A stretch of DNA of 64,000 nucleotides, from positions 74,478-138,477 of the forward strand of contig CAVOVK010000004.1 of the NCBI GenBank assembly GCA_963699815.1, read 5' to 3'. The stretch comes from an uncultured Acidimicrobiaceae bacterium. GTDB lineage: Bacteria > Actinomycetota > Acidimicrobiia > Acidimicrobiales > Ilumatobacteraceae. The translations under genes and the position numbers were made by a program. Under the pieces are notes generated by a model, which had not been told where the DNA came from, ran no database searches, and saw only the letters and a program-made list of their open reading frames with translations. This document shows positions 24,837 through 33,876 of the stretch, in pieces. How positions within the stretch are numbered: position 1 is the stretch's first letter; every line of letters starts with the position of its first letter.

Positions 24837-26116
24837 TTGAGTTCCGAGATTCTCCATGACGAGCACGGTGCACCGATCACCGCGCCCGTGCACGACTGGG
24901 CGACCGACTACGACATCTTCGACCCAGGCTATGTCACGGATCCGTACGGGATCTGGGACGAACTACGCCAGAGCTGCCCGATGGCACACACCGACCGGTG
25001 GGGCGGATCGTGGCTGCCGACGCGTTACGCCGACGTGTACGCGATCGCACACGACATCGAGAAATTCCCGTCCGGCAACGGCATCAGCGTCGTCCCGCTG
25101 GTCGACCCCACGATCGACGACGACTCGGTTCCGGCCAACGCTCCGTCTCCGATCCTGACGTCCGGAGTGCCGCCGATCAGCGCCGACCCACCGCTGCACA
25201 CCTGGACCCGGCGCCTGATCCTGCCCACCATGAGCCCCGCCCGGGTCGCCGAGTACGAGGTGTTCACGCGCGCGAGCTGTGTCGGCGTCTCGTCGATGAC
25301 GTGCTCGAACGAGGCAACGGTGATGCCGCATCCGAATATGCCCAACAGATCCCTGTCCGCGTGATCGGTCACATCCTCGGCGTGCCCGAAGAGATGTCGG
25401 CAACGTTCACCGAGTGGGTGCGCGACGTGCTCGAGTTCGCCCACGATCTGGAGCGCCGACGTGCCGGCATCGGCCACATCATCCACTACTTGCACGAAGC
25501 GATCGAGGCCCGCCGGGCCGAGCCGCAGGACGACTTCATCACCGAGCTGCTCAACAGCGAGCACGACGGCGAGCCGATCGGGATACCGGTCGTGATGGGC
25601 ATGTGCGCCCTACTGCTGATCGCCGGCATCGACACCACGTGGTCCTCGATCGGCTCGACGATGTGGCACCTCGCCACCCATCCCGACGATCGTCGTCGTC
25701 TCGTCACCGAGCCCGACCTGATGCCGACCGCGATCGAGGAGTTCCTGCGGGCGTACGCGCCGGTCACGATGGCGCGTCGGCTGGTCGAGGACAAGGAGTA
25801 CGAAGGCTGCCCGATGAAGGCCGGCGAGCGGATCCTGATGAACTTCCCCGCCGCCAACCGCGACCCCGAGGTGTTCCCCGATGCCGACGAGGTGATTCTC
25901 GACCGCCGCCAGAATCGGCACCTCGCGTTCGGAGCCGGCATCCATCGGTGCGCCGGCTCGAACCTGGCCCGCATGGAGCTTCGCGTCGCCGTCGAGGAGT
26001 GGCTGGCACAGATCCCCGAGTTCGGCCTGATCGACCCCGGACTCGTCACGTGGGCCGGTGGCCAGGTCCGAGGGCCGCGTTCGATCCCGGTGCGGGTGGG
26101 CACATCTGGCTCATAA
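24837..26116 (+). CDS. Cytochrome P450 (frameshift ~25270)
   Basis: DPPLH, AGIDTT, EEFLR (ExxR), AANRDP, HLAFGAGIHRCAG heme motif. TTG start follows AGGAGG. Confidence 0.92.
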
Positions 26117-26144
26117 ATCCTGATACGAGCTGTATCATGATTGC

Positions 26145-26870
26145 ATGCTGTTGGTTGACCTCGTTGCGATCCAGGTCGATGCCCGTACGGGCACGTCCGT
26201 GCTCGTACTTCGCGAGCACGACGCTCCCCACCGAATGCTGCCGATCGTCGTGGGTGGCGATGCCGCCGCATCGATCGCGATCGCTGCCAGTGGCCAGCAC
26301 CCTCCGCGCCCGATGACCCACGATCTCATGGCAACCCTGGTCGAGAGCTTCGAGGGTCATCTCGACGCGGTCGAGGTGACCGACCTCCAAGACGGCGCCT
26401 TCATCGCCAACCTCGCGATCAGCGGACCGATCGGCGACCGCCGTATCGATACGCGCCCGTCCGATGCGATCGCGTTGGCGGTTCGCCTGCACGCGCCGCT
26501 CTACGTCAGCGAGCACGTGCTCGCCGAGGCCGGCGCGCTCCCGGCGGTCGAGACGGACGTCTTGGACGAGGTGGCGATCGATGCCGAGGTCGACCAATTC
26601 CGCAGCTTCCTGGCCGACCTCGACCCGACCGACTTCCTACCGGACACGCCCGATCCCGACCCGACCGACTTCCTGCCGGACGCGCCCGATCCCGACCCGG
26701 CCGACTTCCTGCCCGACGCGCCCGATCCCGACCCGACCGACTTCCTACCGGACACGCCCGATCCCGACCCGACCGACTTCCTGCCCGACGTGCCCGATCC
26801 CGACCCGGACGGACGTCGATCCCGAACGTCACGACCCGGAAGCGACCGACGGTCCCGCGACAGGCTGAGG
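26145..26870 (+). CDS. Bifunctional nuclease (DUF151) family protein with repetitive acidic tail; 3' end uncertain
   Basis: LPIVVG, PRPMTHDL, DTRPSDAIALA, EVDQFRSFLADLDPTDF. Confidence 0.85.
26622..26807 (+). repeat. 36-bp coding tandem repeat x5 (DPTDFLPDTPDP)
   Basis: Read directly; units differ at a few positions. Confidence 0.95.
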
Positions 26871-26902
26871 GCCCGTCGTCCAACCGTCGTACGGCGACGA
26901 CG

Positions 26903-27661
26903 TCACCGACCGGTGAAGTCTGGGAGGCGACGCTCTCCCATCGCACGCGTTCCTTCGGCGAAGTCCTCGGTCGCCTGGAGCCGAGCCTGTTCGGCGGCCT
27001 CGTGCGCCGTCGCCACCGCGACCCGGTCGGCGAGATCCCCCCGCAACGTGGCGCGGATCGAGCGAACGGCGAGCGGGGCCGACCGGGCGATCTCGAGCGC
27101 GAACGTGTGGGCGGCTGCGCCCAGCTCGTCGATCGGCACCAGCCGATCGGCGAGACCCATCGTTCGTGCCTCTTCCCCGTCGACCCGCCGTCCCGTGTAG
27201 AGCAGATCGGCTGCCGCCTGCTCGCCGACCACGCGGGGCAGCGTGACGCTCAGGCCGAAACCCTGGTGAAAGCCGAGCCGAGCGAAGTTGGCGCTGAATC
27301 GAGCCTCGGGTGCAGCGAACCGGAAGTCTGCCGCCAGCGCGAGACCGAGCCCGCCACCGATCGCCGCGCCCTGTACGGCGGCGACGATCGGCTTCGCGCA
27401 ACGGAAGATGCGCACGGCGGTCGCGTACAGGTCTTCGGTGGTGTACGAACGGTCGCCGCCGAAATCGGCGCCGGCACAAAAGTGCTTGCCCCGGGCACGC
27501 AGCACGATCGCCCGGCAGCGGTCGTCGGCGTCGAGACGTTCGAGCGCGTCGGCGATGCCACCGATGATGTCCATCGAGAAGAAGTTGTTCGGCGGACGAC
27601 GCATCTCGACCGTCGCCACATGATCGTCGGCGACGGAACTGTGAACGGCTTCCTCGGACAT
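26903..27661 (-). CDS. Enoyl-CoA hydratase/isomerase
   Basis: FCAGAD, KPIVAAVQGAAIGGG, LAADFR, EDFAEG. Confidence 0.9.
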   Translation of the reverse strand: MSEEAVHSSVADDHVATVEMRRPPNNFFSMDIIGGIADALERLDADDRCRAIVLRARGKHFCAGADFGGDRSYTTEDLYATAVRIFRCAKPIVAAVQGAAIGGGLGLALAADFRFAAPEARFSANFARLGFHQGFGLSVTLPRVVGEQAAADLLYTGRRVDGEEARTMGLADRLVPIDELGAAAHTFALEIARSAPLAVRSIRATLRGDLADRVAVATAHEAAEQARLQATEDFAEGTRAMGERRLPDFTGR

Positions 27662-27748
27662 GTGCCGACGGTACTTTCCGCGCTCCGGTGCGAACGATCG
27701 CAGCCGGCAGGCCATCGACTGCGATCAGCGGATCGGGCGGGTCGACCG

Positions 27749-28603
27749 CTATGGCTCGACGTCGTCGCCGCTGGCGGCGCGGTCGACCGCAGATCGACGG
27801 TGACGCCGTAGTGGTCGGAGGCCAGCACGCCGCCCACCGGTTCGACACCGATCAGGGCGGCTCGTACCGGGTTGCCGAGCGGGCACAGCCTGGGCCAGCC
27901 CACCAGTACGTAGTCGAGCCGTCGCTCCGGCCAGGCCGAGTCGACGACGTACGGGTTCGACGCGGAGTACGTCGCTCCCGGCCCACGCCCCGCCTGCGCC
28001 CAGGCGTCGGTGAACACCAGAGCCGGGAACCGCCGGCTCGGTGAGGCCGGTGAGGCGCCGCACCTCGTCGCTGTCGGGGACGGCATTGAGGTCGCCGAGC
28101 ACGATCGGGGGATACGCGCGATACGGACCATCGCGCTCTTCAGCGACCAGTGCCGCGACCTGGTCGAGCTGGCGGCGGCGTAGACCGCTCTGGTCGAATC
28201 CATGCGACAGGTGGGTGCAGTAGACCCGCAGGACGCCATGCGGTGAGGAGATCGTCGCCCGCAGCACCGTCCGATGCGGCGGCATCGAACCCACGTCGAG
28301 GTATCGCCACACGGTCTCGACGATCGGCCAGCGCGATGCGATCGCATTGGCGATCCCGTGTCGATCATCGTCACCGTCGGGGGCCGTCACCACGGCATAG
28401 CCCAGCTCGTCGCGCAGCGACGCGATCTGGTCGGGCTCGCGGGTGCTCACCTCCTGGAATCCCACGACATCGGCATCGACACCACGCAGGACGTCGAAGA
28501 TCGCCGGCTGCCTCGCCCGCCAATCGCCATTGCGACACCACAGGTTCCAGGTCGCAACTCGCAGCGTGCCCGCCGGTCGGGGCGGGTCCCGGCGAGCGCT
28601 CAT
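27749..28603 (-). CDS. Endonuclease/exonuclease/phosphatase family protein (frameshift ~28020)
   Basis: VATWN, GFQEV, THL, GDLN, RLDYV, SDHY. Confidence 0.85.
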   Translation of the reverse strand: MSARRDPPRPAGTLRVATWNLWCRNGDWRARQPAIFDVLRGVDADVVGFQEVSTREPDQIASLRDELGYAVVTAPDGDDDRHGIANAIASRWPIVETVWRYLDVGSMPPHRTVLRATISSPHGVLRVYCTHLSHGFDQSGLRRRQLDQVAALVAEERDGPYRAYPPIVLGDLNAVPDSDEVRRLTGLTEPAVPGSGVHRRLGAGGAWAGSDVLRVEPVRRRLGLAGATARLRTGGLAQAVPARQPGTSRPDRCRTGGRRAGLRPLRRHRRSAVDRAASGDDVEP

Positions 28604-28826
28604 CGAATCAAGCTACTGGCGCGTCCGCCACCGCAAGTGACGTGCCCCACCCGAGACCAACACGACCGGCGGGCGGTTGGCGACCTCGCCGCTGGCTGGT
28701 CGACGTCGAACGGGGCCTCCGGCTCTGGCCATCGTCGATGGGTCCGACGTACGTAGGTGGTGAAGAAGTCGACAGAGGTGTGGGACCGCGGTGAGATCGA
28801 CTTCCACCATGCCGTCGACCACGCCG

Positions 28827-30306
28827 TCAGTAGCTGCCGCGGATCAACTCGACGTCGGCGGTGATCATCGGGACCCGGATGTTCACACCGTGCATCGTCA
28901 GTTCGACGCTGGCACCCTCGATGCCGTGCACGTCCCAGTTCCGGGGCTCTGCGCCGACCAACCGAAAACTCGTGAATCGTCCCGGGTCGTCGCGCAACGG
29001 AGCGAGTCGCAGGTGCAGGTTGCCGTCGATCCATTCGGCGCGGCGGAACGCCATCGTCGGGAAGTCGACGTCGACGAGCTGCGGGCACACCTCGAGCGGA
29101 GCCTCCGACAGCCGTGTCCACAACCCGGGGCCGGCTGCCTCCGCAGCGGCGAGGAAGGCGTTGAACTGACCTCTCGGATACGGCTCGTCGAGGCCCATGC
29201 CCCATGTGAACTCGCCTCGGTCCGAGTCCCAGGTCGGCTCGTAGGACGCCTCGATCGCGTCGGTGGTTCGGTCGTCGAGTTCGTGCATCTCCCACTCACG
29301 GGCCAGGATCAACGCCGAGGCGAAGGCGCGACTGGCCGGGAGCGGAAGCCGGCGTGAGCCGTCGAGTCCGATCGAGACGCACGCCGCCCGGAACAGGCGT
29401 CGGGCGTCGTCGGGCACCTGGGGGGCTGCGTAGAACGACGTGGTCAGCGCCGCCGCCACCGGTAGCCGATGGTGCACGTCGAGCCGTGGGTCGTAGTCGA
29501 AGGTCGTCACCTGGGGTGCCGTCTCGCAGTCCAGGTCGAGGTAATGCTGACGGGCGTAAGCCCACCATGGCTCGAATGCCTGATGGTGGAAATCGGTGCC
29601 GTGGCGGTTGTCGTGGAGCCTCAGACCGAGGCCGGCTCCGGCCAGTCAAAACGGCCAGACCTTGGTGTTTTCTCAATGGCAACCGATGGGCGCTGCCAAC
29701 CACTGGCGGCACAGGTGTTCGGCGATCTGGGAGTGGGTCCAGGTGAACGTGTTGTCGCCGTCGCGGATCAGCTCGAACGGCCGGTTCCACGTGTCATCGG
29801 CGTTCTGGGCGTTGTCGATCATCGATCGGATGCCGAGCAGCACCAGGAAGAACCCCTTGTAGAACAGCATCCCATCGGCGGCGACAGGATCCATCTGCAG
29901 ACCCCACGGTTCCGTGCCGTTGGCGGTCCAACCCGGCACGTCGTAGTCGCCCCACAGTCGAGGTGGAATGAACGGCCGATAGATGTCGGGGTAGTCGGAC
30001 CGGTCCGGGTCGTGGCCGAACTGGGTCAACCAGTCGGCAGCCGACCACCAGCCGGTGTGGCGCTCGATCAGCTGGTCGAGGATCGCGACGTACGGTTCGG
30101 TCCACGCCGGTGTTCGGTGCGCCATCGAGTCCCATCGCATACGACGAGTCCACCAGGTCGAAACGATGCCAACTCGCCATCGGCGGATCCGACCGATCGT
30201 CCCAGTGCGGGTGTGGTCGCCCGGCTCGGCTCCAGTCGTCGGGCGTATTCGCTTTGCGGTGTAGGTACCGCAGCCATCCCAGCGACCGTTCCGACAGCGC
30301 CTTCAT
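28827..30306 (-). CDS. Linalool dehydratase/isomerase (LinD)-family protein, putative selenoprotein with two Sec codons (~490 aa; one probable 1-nt insertion ~30127)
   Basis: Three ORF-track pieces join into one gene. DPVAADGMLFYKGFF resembles LinD DPIEKENIMYKGHL (recalled). In-frame TGA at 29673-29675 and 29646-29648 gives U-x8-U, and the frame then stays open to 28827. Confidence 0.78.
29615..29639 (-). promoter_or_regulatory. Putative bacterial SECIS hairpin for the second UGA
   Basis: GGA-(GCCG bulge)-GCCUC-GGUCU-GAGGC-UCC. GGU CUG are codons +7/+8 after the UGA, as in E. coli fdhF. Confidence 0.7.
29648..29671 (-). promoter_or_regulatory. SECIS-like hairpin between the two UGA codons
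   Basis: AAAAC-A-CCA-AGGUC-UGG-CC-GUUUU; contains AGGUCUG. Confidence 0.45.
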
Positions 30307-30526
30307 ACTCGACGTCGGCACTCGAATCCGCCGCTGCCCACCCCGGCCGAGAAGATCCCGATTCCCATCGAACCAACCTAAACCACCACGTTCGGTTGCG
30401 GCCGGTTCGGGCCCCGACGGTCGAGCGATCGGTGCTCGAGGTCGGTACGTCGCGCCCGCTCAGCCCACCGACACCATCCACACCCAAACCAGCCACACCG
30501 GTACCAGCCACACCGGTACCATCCAC

Positions 30527-31402
30527 GTGGTGGGTACGGACAGGATCGCCATCGAGCCGCTGGACGCCATGTTCGGCGCTGTCGTGCGGGGGATCACCGT
30601 GAGCGAACTCGACCCGTCCGGGATCGAGCGAGATACACGAGGCGTGGGTCGAGTTCGGTCTGCTCGTGTTTCCCGAGCAGCATCTCACCCTGGCCGAGCA
30701 GGACGACTTCGCGCGCGCGCTTCGGCGAGCTCGAGTACGACGCGACCGCGCTCACCGACCTCCGGCGCGATGGAACGGTTCGCGACCCGTCGCGAAGCGT
30801 TGGTCAGGTCGTTACGCGGCAACGAGGGCTGGCATCACGACAGCACCTACCTGCCGGTGCAGGCCAAAGGGGCGGTGTTCAGCGCCGAGATCATCCCGAC
30901 CGAGGGCGGTGCCACGGGGTTCGCCGACATGAGGGCGGCGTACGACGCGCTCGATCGGGCCACCCGTTCGTCGATCGCCCAGCTGAGCGCTCACCACTCC
31001 CGGCGCTACAGCATGGAACGGTCGGGGAATCAGGTGTCCGAAGGGGAGGCCGGTACCTATCAGCTCTACGGCTACCACGACGATGAACCGCCGCTACGAC
31101 CACTCGTGAAGGTGCATCCCGACACCGGGCGTCCGAACCTGCTGATCGGTCAGCACGCATTCGGGGTCCTCGGCTTGAGTGACGACGAGTCGGTCGCCGT
31201 GCTCGATCGTCTCAACGACGAGGCATGCCGGGCGTCGCTCACCTACCACCACGAGTGGAGCGTCGGTGACGCCGTGCTGTGGGACAACCGGCGCCTCATG
31301 CATCGCGCAACGCCCCACGACCCGACCCAACCACGCCGCATGTGGCACACCCGCATCGCCGGCGACCCTGCGACCGAAACCGCCACCAACTACCGACGGT
31401 GA
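30527..31402 (+). CDS. TauD/TfdA family Fe(II)/2-oxoglutarate dioxygenase (frameshifts ~30630-30790; start uncertain)
   Basis: WHHDSTY (HxD), GGATGFADM, PLVKVHPDTGR, WDNRRLMHRA. Confidence 0.88.
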   Translation: MVGTDRIAIEPLDAMFGAVVRGITVSELDPSGIERDTRGVGRVRSARVSRAASHPGRAGRLRARASASSSTTRPRSPTSGAMERFATRREALVRSLRGNEGWHHDSTYLPVQAKGAVFSAEIIPTEGGATGFADMRAAYDALDRATRSSIAQLSAHHSRRYSMERSGNQVSEGEAGTYQLYGYHDDEPPLRPLVKVHPDTGRPNLLIGQHAFGVLGLSDDESVAVLDRLNDEACRASLTYHHEWSVGDAVLWDNRRLMHRATPHDPTQPRRMWHTRIAGDPATETATNYRR

Positions 31403-31403
31403 T

Positions 31404-31470
31404 CGACCACGGACGATCACCGACCATCGGACGATCACCAACCACGGAGTCACCGACCACGGACGATCAC
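31404..31470. repeat. ~17-bp imperfect tandem repeat x4 (CGACCACGGACGATCAC)
   Basis: Read directly, immediately after the TauD stop. Confidence 0.85.
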
Positions 31471-31629
31471 CAGTGATCGGCGTCGCGGATGGTCGGAGCG
31501 AGCAACGGCTCGCCATCGAGATCGTCCATCCGGTGTTCCCACACCTCGTCGCACTCGCGCCTCCCTCGCCATCGTCGCTGCAAGCGGTGACGGCCAACCC
31601 GGCCCGTGCCCAGGTGTCATCATGAGGGG

Positions 31630-32663
31630 ATGCCGATCGACTCTCCATCGACTCCCAGCGCGGCAGGCTTCGCGATGCCGGCCGAATGGGAGCCGCACGC
31701 GGGCTGTCTGATGGCGTGGCCGTCACGGGCCGAGCTGTGGGGTGACCACCTCACGGCTGCCAAGCACGACTACGCCGCGGTGGCGACCGCGATCGCCGAG
31801 TTCGAACCGGTGGTGATGGTGTGCAATCCGGGACACGGCGCCGAGGTACGAGCGTTGTGCGGTTCGGTCGTGTCACCGATCGAGATCCCGATCAACGATT
31901 CGTGGGCCCGCGACAGTGGGCCGGCATTCGCGCGGCGACGTCGACGGCGACGTGGCGGTGGTCGGGTTCGGATTCAACGCCTGGGGCAATCGGTGGCATC
32001 CCCACGACGACGATGCCCGATTGTCGCTGCGGCTGGCCGAATGGCTCGGGCTGCCCTACTTCGAGGCGCCGTTCGTGCTGGAAGGTGGATCGTTCTTCGT
32101 CGACGGCGAGGGAACCCTGATCACCACCGAGGAGTGCCTGCTCAACCCAACCGCAATCCTGAACTGTCGCGCGCTCAGATCGAGCAGGGCCTGAAGGACT
32201 ACCTGGGAGCGAGCACGGTGATCTGGTTGCCGTACGGACACAGTCTCGACACCGGCCCGGCCGGAACCGACGGGCATGTCGACGGTGTGCTGCAGTACGT
32301 GGCACCGGGCCACGTGATGTTGGAAGTGGTCTCCGACCCATCGTCACCGGAGTACCCGCCGGCCACGCGAACCTCGAGATCCTGACTGGATCCCTCGATG
32401 CCGCAGGCCGCCGCTTCGACATCACGATCCTCGACCCCGGCACGACGACCGAGGTGTCATATGCCAATCATTACCTCGCCAACGGCGGTGTGATCGTGCC
32501 CGTCGGCGGCGACGCCGCCGACGGACCGGCGCTCGAGACCTTGCGAGCTCTGTACCCGGATCGCGAGGTCGTCGCGGTGCCCGGGGCAACGATCGCGTTC
32601 GGTGGTGGAGGGCCGCACTGCATCACGCAGCAGATCCCACTCGGAGTCGATCTCCCCGGCTGA
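31630..32663 (+). CDS. aguA: Agmatine deiminase family protein (several frameshifts)
   Basis: MPAEWEPH, DSWARDSGP, LEGG, TDGHVDG, SYAN, GGGGPHCITQQ. Confidence 0.85.
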
Positions 32664-32698
32664 GACCGACCCCGATCAGCCACCGGATTCGTTCGAGA

Positions 32699-33658
32699 TC
32701 ACGCGTCGGCGGACGGTCGGCCGAGATCCGTCGACGTCATCAGGCGCCGATACCGATCGGGTCGGCGGGTGTACATCAGACCGAACGACAGGGCGTCGTC
32801 GCGCTGGGTGAGATCGAGATCGGCGATCAACACCGCCGGACGGTCACGTGGCGCCTCGACGAGGATCCGCCCGTAGGGATCGGAGACGAACGACGATCCG
32901 TAGAACGTCAATGGGCCCTCGGTTCCGATGCGGTTGATCGCGATCATGAACGTCGAGTTCGCCAACCCGTTGGCGGCGATCATCTGGCGCCACATCGGTT
33001 GGGTGTCGGCGTCGGGCATGTGCGGCTCGTTGCCGATCGCGGTCGGGTAGACGATGATCTGAGCACCTTGCATCGACAACGAGCGGGCCAGCTCGGGAAA
33101 CCATTGATCCCAACACGTCGGGAAGGCGAACATCGCGCCGGCCGCCTCGACCACCGGGCAGTCCTGATCGGCCGGCTCGAAGTACTGGTTCTCGTGGTAG
33201 TAGGGGAACTCGGGAATGTGGGTCTTGCGGGTTCGTGTCACGAGTCGCCCCGACGCGTCGACACAGATCGCCGTGTTGAAACCACGACCGTCGGTGGTGC
33301 GCTCGTACAGCGAGGCGTGCACCCAGACGTCGAACTCGGCTGCGAGCTGACGTGCCATCGCGAGCGTCGGACCGGTCTCGATGTCCTCGCCGTACGTGAC
33401 CAAGGCACGGGGTACGTCGGGCGCGACGCAGAAGTACGGCGACAGGGTCAGCTCCTGCAACACCACGATGCGTGCACCCCGCTCGGCAGCGAGCTGCACG
33501 CCGCTGCGCACGGTGGCCCGATGCTCGACCGGGTCGGGATTCCACGCACATTGCACAGCGCCCACCCGGAGCATCTCACCGTCCGGCTGGCCGGCGATCC
33601 GGTACGGCGACGGCAACACCGCACCCGGCCCGATCACCTGGAACTCGTTGACGAACAT
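32699..33658 (-). CDS. Carbon-nitrogen hydrolase (N-carbamoylputrescine amidase-like)
   Basis: E-K-C triad in LQEL, RKTHIP, TCWDQWFPE; PTAIG, FYGSSF. Confidence 0.85.
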   Translation of the reverse strand: MFVNEFQVIGPGAVLPSPYRIAGQPDGEMLRVGAVQCAWNPDPVEHRATVRSGVQLAAERGARIVVLQELTLSPYFCVAPDVPRALVTYGEDIETGPTLAMARQLAAEFDVWVHASLYERTTDGRGFNTAICVDASGRLVTRTRKTHIPEFPYYHENQYFEPADQDCPVVEAAGAMFAFPTCWDQWFPELARSLSMQGAQIIVYPTAIGNEPHMPDADTQPMWRQMIAANGLANSTFMIAINRIGTEGPLTFYGSSFVSDPYGRILVEAPRDRPAVLIADLDLTQRDDALSFGLMYTRRPDRYRRLMTSTDLGRPSADA

Positions 33659-33876
33659 CGGCCACACCCCTTCACGTTGCGGAGAGACAGCCGCCATCAT
33701 CGCATCGTTCGGACCGCGAGAGCGCCGCTCGGTCGACTCAGGCGAGACAGAACGGGCACCCGCCGCCCGCGCGATCGCCTCGACGAACGGCCGGCCGCTG
33801 TGCGAACCCCGGATACACCAACGTTGCCGAGCCCGGCTGGACGCGCCGGCGCTCGCGCGATCATGATGGGCCCCTC

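Noticed and set aside
28613-28822. Short ORF or remnant downstream of the LinD-like gene
   Set aside because: No recognisable motif and the frame is ambiguous.
29646-29675. Pseudogene or TGA=Trp recoding as the explanation of the two TGAs
   Set aside because: TGA is the normal stop for many genes here and Trp is TGG. The TGAs match the catalytic Cys spacing and have SECIS-like hairpins. A pseudogene is not formally excluded.
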